Positions 10,861 through 20,000 of a DNA stretch of 20,000 bases are shown piece after piece. The first letter of the stretch is position 1. Each line of letters begins with the position of its first letter. Below the pieces are notes generated by a model. That model saw nothing but the letters and a program-made list of their open reading frames with translations. It was not told where the DNA came from and searched no databases. The position numbers and the translations under genes are program-made. The DNA lies in contig JBOZIK010000001.1 of assembly GCA_051453625.1 (NCBI GenBank), forward strand, positions 48,242,606 through 48,262,605, read 5' to 3'. The stretch comes from Welwitschia mirabilis. Its lineage: Eukaryota.

Positions 10861-13800
10861 ACTTGGCTTTTTGAGAGAACAATGATAAAAGTAATCTCTT
10901 TTAAAATAAAAGTAAGGAATGACTTTTAATAATCATCTAAAGATTTAACAAACTTTTAAAATAACTAATGGCACATAGAAAATAATCTATCAATCATATT
11001 CTTTAACCTTAAACTTCCTCTTACATGATTTATTTGTAAAAATATAATTATTTCTTAGTTATGAGAGCGAGGATGTGACATTTCAATACTATGCATTCAT
11101 GAGTAAATTTTTGATTTATATTGATACATTTTTACATGATTATGAATTATCTTCATCACATATTTTATGTTCACCTTTATTTTAATTCAAAATTTTAGAT
11201 GTAAATGTGATAAATTTTAGAAAATCAAAATATGAATAAATTCTTCTTATTTATGTTTTTGTTTTCTTTAAAACTTAAAAATATTAGTACTTTCTTGAAC
11301 TATGCAACAAGAGTCACTAGTCTTACATAGTTATATTTAAGAGGGCTATGAGCTTTGAGGAGGATATTCTCCTATTTGTTTTCCAAAAATTATCAATCTA
11401 GAAAAAAACCTTTTCATTTTTATTTGTAAGTTTGATTTTTCCTATAATCAATTATGATTAAGCTATGTACGTTTTACCTCAAAATCCTACTTTTTATTTA
11501 AGTTAGGTGATGTAATCAGTTACTAAGTTTTAAACATCCATCTTTAACAATATTTTGTCTTTAATGCTTCATTACTTTTTATGATAGTGTATATTTTTCA
11601 GATGTGAAATCTATATGATTTATCATCTTTTGTAACACCATTCTATGATATGATATTTGACTGTATTTTATTTTATTTTTTTTTTGTGTTCATATGTTTC
11701 TATACTTTTTTCAAATGAATAAAACTTTTATTTACTTTTTAGATTAATAAATAAAAGTTTACATTTATTGATGTTCTTACATTTTAATTACTAGCTCTTA
11801 TGACATAGATATCATTATGGTTTCATGATCAATGGTATTATTGTTTTATATATTATTTGATTTGTAAGATTAGCATTTAGATCCATAATTGTGTACTTGA
11901 TCTATGAACATCCTCTTTGTTATCAAGCTTCATTTCTCTTATCATTATTACTTACATGTGATGTACAAGAAGACTCATTGGGGATGTTATGAATCTTGAA
12001 TTTTTGATAAAATAAGGTACTAATAGTCATTATTTTATATTACTTTTTAAAATATAGTACTACACTTAGACATATTTTTGCTCTTTTTAGGTGATAACTC
12101 AAAATGATGTATTATGATGTAATTTGAGCCTATTCACGATGATTGTGATTAAAACAACGAGATTAAAAGTGAAAATATAGAGCATGATGGAATACTTTAA
12201 CTTGAAAGCTCTCAAAATAATTCACTATCCCTTTTTCATCATCATATCTTATTCCCTTATTAATATGATGGTTTTAACTTATCTTGACATTAGATGATAT
12301 CAGAGTCTTTTAGAACATCAGTACCTTGGAAATTTACATTCTATGAGCTATAATTTAAACATTTCTAGCAATTTTTTAGTCAAGTTTGATGTTTTCATAT
12401 CATATCAACTACAATGGATAACATTAAGTTAATTTACTTTTTGGAAGCTAAGATAGTTAATTTTTAAAACTATGTATGTCATTGCAACTCCATTTTCATG
12501 AGTAACTTAGTGTTGCAATGTCATTTAGTAGTTTTGCATAGTTAAGCATGAATTACATGTGATAATTCAATGGTTTTAAAATCTATTTGGCCTGAAACTA
12601 ACTTAAGTGCACCTATAAAGATCCCTCCCTCAATGTCTAAACTTAAATAATAATGTTATTATAGCTAATTTATGTCATTTTAATGTGATCCAACCCATTC
12701 TAAAGCATTGTAAGGATATATTCTCCTTCATTTATCTTAAATTTATTTACTTTCAAGTTTATATTCTCTACATATCTTCTTTGAAAGACTTTTATAGTCT
12801 TCATTCATATCTTTGTAAATCCATTTTAAGTCTTCTAAATTCTTTTACAACCCATTTTCCCCCATTGTTTCTCCTGTTTTCATCCATCTCAAGGGTATTA
12901 CAGATGTGGTGAAGTACATGTGAATGGATAATATAGGAGGAGAAGAAGGCATCAAATTTTATAAACAATTATACTGAAGACTAATAAAAAGGGTTGTGTT
13001 TTTATTTAAAACCACTAAGTGTTCTTTTCCTTATGTTTTTATTCTTTTGTTTACTTGATTTATACATTTTTATTATGGTTTTCTTTTAATTTAGTTAGAC
13101 TTCTTATACTATGTTATATAATTATTTCTAATTAGATTATTCTTCGTTTAGTACCTATCATGGCATTTTGAAATTTTGCATAGTTTATAATTCCATGTCA
13201 AAGAAATCGTGTGTTTTATTCCTCTTCCTCCTTCTTTCCTCTATTCTTCTCATTTTTCTACTACATTTTCTTATGATTCCATCTTTCTTCTAATGCAAAT
13301 GATGATGAATTTATATTTTATTTTTTTAAATAATAGTAGATTACTTTTTAAATATGTTATTTATCTTAAATTATCTATTTTTTACATTAATTATTCTCGT
13401 CTTTCTCCTTTTCTCAAAATTGAAGTAGATTAATAAATTTTAGTGCTCATTTTGATGATAACTCTTTTTGTATAACTCTAATTGTTCTACAGTTTTGTTA
13501 GTCATATCCTCTCATGATTTAAAAACTTTTATTTTTAATTAGTCTAAATCCAAATTCAACCTCTAAACCCCTTTTTCAACCATTTGTAGTTAACATCATA
13601 GTTTCACTTAGAGAAATTTCTAAATTAGAAAATCTTAAATTTTTTGACTTTTCATAATAAATTTCTTTGTCATTATTAATGTCTTAATGTCTTTTATATC
13701 CTTCAAGAATATATCTTATAGGAATTTTTGAGTACATTAAGAATATACAATCCATTTTTCTCAAGTTCTATAGTTTCCTTAATATTCTTCGTTAACCTAA

Positions 13801-14180
13801 GATTGATTGTAATTTTTGTAGTTTTTTTAGATGAACTATTTCTATTGGTTTTAATCTATTCTTCTTAATCTTAAATATTTGGTAGTACTTATTTTAGTAA
13901 ATATGCTAAGGTTTTAAGAATTATTAAGTCAAGTCTTATAAATGTTCTCTCTCCCTTCTTTCTCTCTTCTTCCTTTTATTATTAGTCAAAATAACTTGAA
14001 ATTAGCTAAGTCTCACTTTGATTTAATAAACATTTACATGCTAGTTTTTTAATTATCTATTTATTTACAAACTAATTAAGATGTGCTAATTATTTTATAA
14101 CTTATTTTATGATAACTAAAGAGTTATCTTTCAAGTGAATTGTATTTTACTTTAATAAAAATCTTTTTAAAGTCAAATTG

Positions 14181-14280
14181 NNNNNNNNNNNNNNNNNNNN
14201 NNNNNNNNNNNNNNNNNNNNNNNNNNNNNNNNNNNNNNNNNNNNNNNNNNNNNNNNNNNNNNNNNNNNNNNNNNNNNNNN
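14181..14280. other. Assembly gap (100 N)
   Basis: Run of N. Confidence 1.
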
Positions 14281-14430
14281 AAGTTCTTCAAAATAGACAA
14301 CACAAAAAATATAGTAATCCCATAACAACTATGATTGATGTAAACATAGATGGAAATTTAAAGTTGAATCACTTGTAGATCTTAGAGTAAGTATTAATGT
14401 GATGAACTGTAAAACTTATGAGGAATTAAG

Positions 14431-15293
14431 AAAACCAAAACTAATGCCTTACCAAGGGAAAGTTTACCTAGAAGATGGCTCAATAGTTATGCCAGAAGAA
14501 GTTTTAATGGACATACTTATAGAACTCTAAGTTTTTATTTATTTAATAGACTCATTGGTCATGAAAACTCAAGGAGATACCCACGCAGTAATTCTTAGAA
14601 GACTATGAATGGCTACTATAGATGCTACTATCTACTCTATAAGATAAGTAATAAAAATTAGTCTTAGAGATATTNNNNNNNNNNNNNNNNNNNNNNNNNN
14701 NNNNNNNNNNNNNNNNNNNNNNNNNNNNNNNNNNNNNNNNNNNNNNNNNNNNNNNNNNNNNNNNNNNNNNNNNNNNNNNNNNNNNNNNNNNNNNNNNNNN
14801 NNNNNNNNNNNNNNNNNNNNNNNNNNNNNNNNNNNNNNNNNNNNNNNNNNNNNNNNNNNNNNNNNNNNNNNNNNNNNNNNNNNNNNNNNNNNNNNNNNNN
14901 NNNNNNNNNNNNNNNNNNNNNNNNNNNNNNNNNNNNNNNNNNNNNNNNNNNNNNNNNNNNNNNNNNNNNNNNNNNNNNNNNNNNNNNNNNNNNNNNNNNN
15001 NNNNNNNNNNNNNNNNNNNNNNNNNNNNNNNNNNNNNNNNNNNNNNNNGAAAACCAAAACTAATGCCTTATTAAGGAAACATTTACCTAGAAAATGGCAC
15101 AACAGTTATGCCAAAAGGAATTTTAAAGAATATACATAAGAACTCCAAGGTTTTATTTATTTACTAGACTCATTAATCATGAAAACTCAGGGAGATACCC
15201 ATGCAGTAATTCTTGAGAGGTCATGGATAACTACTGTAGATCCTGCTATCTACTCTAGAAGAGTACTAATAGAAATTAGTCTTGGAGATCTTA
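14431..15293 (+). repeat. Direct duplication of ~240 bp of protease on either side of a gap (14431-14674 vs 15050-~15293)
   Basis: Both copies start AAAACCAAAACTAATGCCTTA and run to ATTAGTCTT(A/G)GAGAT. I count 8 mismatches in the first 60 nt. Confidence 0.92.
14675..15049. other. Assembly gap (375 N)
   Basis: Run of N. Confidence 1.
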
Positions 15294-16959
15294 AAAAATA
15301 AATTAAACTTTCTGATGTAGCAGGTGTTAAAGAAATGGTATAGAACACCGAGGTAAGAACCAATGCAATTTTAACTTAGGAAGTTAATCTAATGTTAAAC
15401 AAATAAAATGAGGAGAGATATAAAAAAGAAGATTTAGCAACTAAAGAAATAGAAAAACCTCCTTTTAAGGAAGGGTTAGAGTATATTAAGGTAGCTCCTA
15501 ATAGATCTTTGATCATAAACAATTATTTAACTCATTCTCAAAAGATAAGACTTAAAATAATGTTAATCAAAAGAAAAGGAGCTTTTACTTAGGATCATAC
15601 TGATATCAAAAGAATAAATCCAAATATTTATTAACACAGAATCTACTTAGATACTTTTATTAAATTAAGTCAACAACTGGAGAGAAGGCATAACCCACAT
15701 ATGCAGGACATAACTAAATAGGAAATTTCTAAACTCCTAGAGGTAGGATTTATGTAGCCCTATAATAGTAGTATCAAAGAAAGGAAATAAATGAATAGCA
15801 TGTATAGATTTTAGAATGCTAAGTACAATAAGTTATAAAGATCATTTTTCTCTTCCATTTGTTGATTAAATTTTAGAAAGAGTATCTAGACATTAGTACT
15901 ATAGCTTTCTAGATGTATATAGCAGTTACAATCAAGCACCTATAGCCTTAGAAGGACCAAGTCAAAACAAGTTTTACTTATCATTGAGGTACTTATGCTT
16001 ACAAAGTACTTTCATTTGGACTATGTAATGCTCTCACTACTTTTTAGAGATTAGTAAATAGTATTTTTTAAAACATGATGGGAAGATCAGTCGAAGTGTT
16101 TATGGATGATTTCTCAACATTTAAAAAAGATTTCAAAGAGTTACTTGAAAGATTAGAAAAAGGTTTAGAAAGATGTGAAGAAAAATTGCCTGAAACTTAG
16201 CTGGTTGAAAAGTCATCTTATAATGACAAAAGGCATAGTTTTAAGATATAAAATATCTAAGAAAGGAATTGAAACTGACAAATAGAAAATTAATGCTATA
16301 AAATATATTCCATTCCTAATCAAACTAAAAGAGTTATGATCTTTTCTAGGATATGTTCGATATTATAGAAGGTTCATATCCAACTTTAGTAAAATTGCTA
16401 AACCTTTAAGTAATCTCCTACAAAAAGAGGTGGAATATGATTAAAATGATAAGTGTCAGAATGCCTACCAAACTTTAAAAGATAAAATTTTATTAGCACC
16501 TGTTTTACAAGGGCCAAATTGAATAAGACCATTTTACATGGTGATTAGTACATCTAAGCATGCTCTGGGAGTAGTTTTAGGATAAAAAGATGATAACAAC
16601 ACATCTTATACCATTGTGTATATAAGTAAGAACTTCAAACTATCTCAACAATATTACATAATAATAGAGAAGGGATTACTGGCAGTAGTGATGGAATTAA
16701 AAAAACTTAGACATTATATATTGGGTTATGAAGTAAAAATTCATACTGACCATAATACTATTAGATTTTTAATGAATTAAAAAGAAGTAAATTCAAGAAT
16801 TATGAGATAGATATTATTAATGTAGTAGTTTGATTAAAAAATAATTCATAGAAAAGGAGTAAAAAATGTGGTAGCAGATCATCTATCAAGGTTAGAGTTT
16901 TTAAATGAAGAGTAGATTAACATTAGAGATGAATTCCCAGATGAGCATCTTTTTTAGGT

Positions 16960-17059
16960 NNNNNNNNNNNNNNNNNNNNNNNNNNNNNNNNNNNNNNNNN
17001 NNNNNNNNNNNNNNNNNNNNNNNNNNNNNNNNNNNNNNNNNNNNNNNNNNNNNNNNNNN
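16960..17059. other. Assembly gap (100 N)
   Basis: Run of N. Confidence 1.
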
Positions 17060-19644
17060 TTTTTAGATATCCACAAATCCATGGTATGCTAACATTACTA
17101 ACTTTCTTGTAAGTAAAATATTACCCTCTTTTATGACTTATTATGAGAGAAAAAGATTATTAAGGGAATTTAGATGTTATATTTAGCATGATAAAATGCA
17201 AGGATCATTCATCAAAAGATGTACATATGAGAACTTACAAGAGGAAATTTAAAAAAAAAACGCATGAAGGAGAAAGAAGAGAACATTATGGTGCAAACAG
17301 AACAAGAATGAAAATTCTTCATATGGGATATTATTGACTCACCATCTTTAAAGATGCAAATAAGCATGTTTAAAGTTGTGACAAATGTTAGAGAGAAGGC
17401 AAATTTAGGAAAAAGTTAGAAATGCCAAAATAATTGATTAAAACAATTAAATCCTTTGATGTTTGGGAAATAGATTTTATTAGACCTATGAATTCCTCAT
17501 TCTTTGGGAAAAAGTACATTCTAGTCTGTGTTGATTACTTCACTAAGTGGGATGAGCCTGAGGCTGTGACTAATTATTCTTCCTAAATTATAGTTAACTT
17601 TTTCCTCAGAAATATTATCTACTAGTTTGGAGCCCCACAAAAACTTATTTTTAATAGAGGAACCCATTTTACTGGTAAAATTTTAAAGAAAATTTTAGCT
17701 AAGTTTGAAATCTGTTACAAAATCTGTATTGCCTATCACCCCCAATCCAATGGTCAAGCCAAAGTAACTAGTAGAGAGATTAATAGAATATTAATAAAGG
17801 TTATAAATAATAAAAAACAAATTTGGCTGATAAACTAAATAAAGCTATATGGGCTTATAGAATAACTTGGAAACACACTACAAGATTTTCTCCCTATGAA
17901 TTAGTCCATGGGAAAAAAAACACTATTTTATTGATTGAATTTAAAATAAAAATATTTAAATTAGCTACAGAATTAAAATGTAATTTAGACATATCTCAAA
18001 AAGAATGGATAGAGTACATGAGTATTTTAGATGAAAATAGAAAAGAAGCTGTTCTACATAAAGAACTTATACAACAAAAAACTAAAATATATTATGATAA
18101 AAGAACTAGGAAAACAAATCATAATATAGGAGATTAAAATAAAAATATGAACAAAACTGACTCAAACCTTATACTATAACAAATATCCTAGGAAATGAAG
18201 TCATAAAAATATATGATCCTAATGAAAAAGTAACCTATTAAGTTAATAGGCAAAGAGTAAGAATGTACTTTAATCATAAATCCATGCTAAATTACTTAGG
18301 AAACCTTGACATAGTAGAAAGAATACTTTCACTCTACCTTTAAAATAAGCTTTAAAATTAGATAATAAAAAGGCATATCATTTTATTAAAGTTTATTCAA
18401 TCTATCAGTTTACTAAATTATTAAGGTAAATGAAATGATTATGAAATTAGAAGTTAACTTAATAAGTCTTCAATAGGAAATTGTGCATCATTTTGAGAGA
18501 AGATACATTCCATTAGAGAAGTACCTTTTAAGTATTTGTTTAGAAGGATAAAAAAGCCACAATATTCTATCGTAAGTATACAGTGGTAAATATTCCCAAG
18601 GGAAGCTATGAGAACTCCACTAAGGGGCCAGTTGGCTATGATATGGATATTGAAATATATATATATCCTGTGGATTCTTATTCCTCTAATATTGGTTGCA
18701 CTCTCCTCATTGTGATCAATCTAAGTTGTAAAAGATAAAAGGTAGAGAAATAGTTGTGTTCTAGGAGTTATCTGAGACACAGCTAGTTATCAAAGCTAGA
18801 ATCTTATCATAATTGAAGGTCAAGGAAATAAAAAAAATAGAAGGAAATACTTCAATCTATGATGGAATTTATATCCAAGTGCCTTTAAATTAAAAACATG
18901 TAAAATTATTAAATTTTATTTAAGTTGAAAGAAAACTTTAAAGTTTTAAAATCAATTTATAAGATCTTAATAATTTACTGAATTATTTAGCTTGAATTTC
19001 CTTTGGTGAAGTAGACATGCTTATGATAAAGTAAAATATCAAAAAAAAATAAAAAATAAAAAATAAATAATTTATGAATAAAAATATTAAACTCTATTAA
19101 ATAAAGCAATTTATTACATTCTCTAGTAGAAAAAGAAACAAGGAGAAAAAAACACTCTTCCAAAAATAGACTACTTTAAGGAACTTAATTTTTGAAGCAG
19201 TGAGAGAACTTGTTCTTCTAGTGGTGATGCCTAGTCATTGACGATAAACCTATGAAATTCTCACCTAGAGGTAGTAAATGCATCTCACCTAGTAATTGAG
19301 TCAACATGTTGATTTCCTCTGGGTGGAACAACTAGAAGTTTTGATAAGGCTTAAAATCCCATAGTATTCTATCTACATTCTCCTTATCAAAACTAAGTGC
19401 AGCAACGTTTAGGACAGAGTTAATGTTTTAAAGCTAGTTAAATTTATTTTCTAGTACTTCATCTTCCTAGCTAGCTAACCCAGAGATATATCATGAGTTG
19501 ACTCATCATAATTGAGCTACCGATGCAACTCCTTAGTCCTCAGCCTTAGATACTCACCTACTAAGTGATGAACTAATGCATCAAAGCTTAGAGTGATGAA
19601 ACTACCCTCAAAATGATCTTTACCAGCTTCAGTAATGATGGAAT

Positions 19645-19767
19645 NNNNNNNNNNNNNNNNNNNNNNNNNNNNNNNNNNNNNNNNNNNNNNNNNNNNNNNN
19701 NNNNNNNNNNNNNNNNNNNNNNNNNNNNNNNNNNNNNNNNNNNNNNNNNNNNNNNNNNNNNNNNNNN
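19645..19767. other. Assembly gap (123 N)
   Basis: Run of N. Confidence 1.
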
Positions 19768-20000
19768 TCTATGTAGTACCCAAGTTAAAGGCATCGCTTC
19801 AAATTTTTAATGCCAAAAGGAGTAGTAGGAGAAGAGGGAGGAATGTAAACTATAAAATTTTATGTAAGAAAGGAGATCAAAAGTGAAGAGAAATTTAGTA
19901 AAGGAAATTCCTAAGTTTAGAAAAAAATTAATAAATGATCAATCAGGGAAGGGATACAATTTATATCTCAAACTTTATCCTCTTATCTGACAAGTGTAAC

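Larger units (their letters stand above)
3920..11080 (-). mobile_element. 3'-truncated Ty3/gypsy chromovirus (Tekay/Del-like) element: 5' LTR, PBS and gag; no pol seen
   Basis: Minus strand: LTR end ...TTTTAACA, 3-nt spacer, PBS, then MAPK-starting gag. The LTR start is inferred at 11080 from the terminal inverted repeat. Confidence 0.7.
4769..11080 (-). repeat. Putative 5' LTR, ~6.3 kb, expanded by internal tandem arrays
   Basis: One end is fixed by the PBS. TGTTAAAACCTCAC (4769-4782) and the reverse complement of 11067-11080 (TGTCACATCCTCGC) match at 10/14. No coding relic was seen in between. Confidence 0.6.
14281..18343 (+). pseudogene. pol: pol relic: aspartic protease, reverse transcriptase, RNase H, integrase
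   Basis: PR: VDLRVSINVM (~14375, i.e. DLGASIN) and VILRR. RT: KDHFSLPFVD*ILER, YYSFLDVYSSYNQ, FGLCNA, VEVFMDDFS (FMDD 16099-16110). RH: IEKGLLAVV, HTDH, NVVADHLSRLE, DEFPDEHLF. INT: PWYANITNFL, H..HYG...CDKC, FDVWEIDF, VDYFTKW, AYHPQSNGQA, WAYRITWK..SPYELVHGK (ORF 17823-18137), VNRQRVRMYF. Stop at 18341-18343. Confidence 0.95.
14281..20000 (+). mobile_element. Degenerate Ty3/gypsy Athila-type LTR retrotransposon internal region (gag and 5' LTR not seen; no 3' LTR identified)
   Basis: PR-RT-RH-INT order with Athila-like motifs and a long 3' region. The extent beyond 18343 is inferred. Confidence 0.7.

Noticed and set aside
2825..11085. TTTCC (2825-2829) and TTTCA (11081-11085) as a TSD pair
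   Set aside because: Both lie to the right of LTRs from different elements, so the geometry is wrong and the match is likely chance.
11631..11990. TGTAACACCA ... GGGGATGTTAT as a small solo LTR
   Set aside because: The right end lacks CA, the flanks give no target-site duplication, and there is no PBS or PPT.
85..13433. Short ORFs in the track (85-273, 3381-3602, 3926-4114, 6876-7128, 8075-8408, 10658-10882, 12685-12912, 13209-13433)
   Set aside because: Low-complexity F/L/I/K-rich chance ORFs, antisense to TE relics or inside repeats, and not kept open across all repeat copies.
11081..14180. Host gene introns and exons
   Set aside because: Some splice-like signals are present, but candidate exons contain stops in the frames I read and give no recognisable protein.
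19820..19850. GGAGAAGAGGGAGGAA-TGTAAAC as PPT plus 3' LTR start of the Athila-type element
   Set aside because: The shape is plausible, but no partner LTR or LTR end is in the window, it is next to a gap, and it overlaps the possible antisense ORF. Left uncalled.
14140..19886. ORFs containing X runs
   Set aside because: Artifacts of translating through N gaps.

Overview
AT-rich, CpG-poor eukaryotic (almost certainly land-plant) repeat DNA with four assembly gaps and no intact gene I can support. It holds remnants of three Ty3/gypsy LTR retrotransposon lineages. (1) 1-2824 (+): 3' half of a Tat/Ogre-type element, with the extra RNase H tail, integrase, PPT and a putative 3' LTR carrying a 28-bp minisatellite. 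(2) ~3920-11080 (-): truncated chromovirus (Tekay/Del-like) element with a gag relic, a Met-tRNA PBS and an apparent ~6.3-kb 5' LTR inflated by a ~143-bp array and a ~1.3-kb triplication. (3) 14281 to the window end (+): Athila-type PR-RT-RH-INT pseudogene with a long 3' region that may hold extra-ORF relics. All reading frames are broken, largely by C>T/G>A changes. I see no convincing new biological system. The most unusual items are the giant compound LTR, the candidate extra ORFs and the non-CpG hypermutation. All translations and alignments were done by eye.
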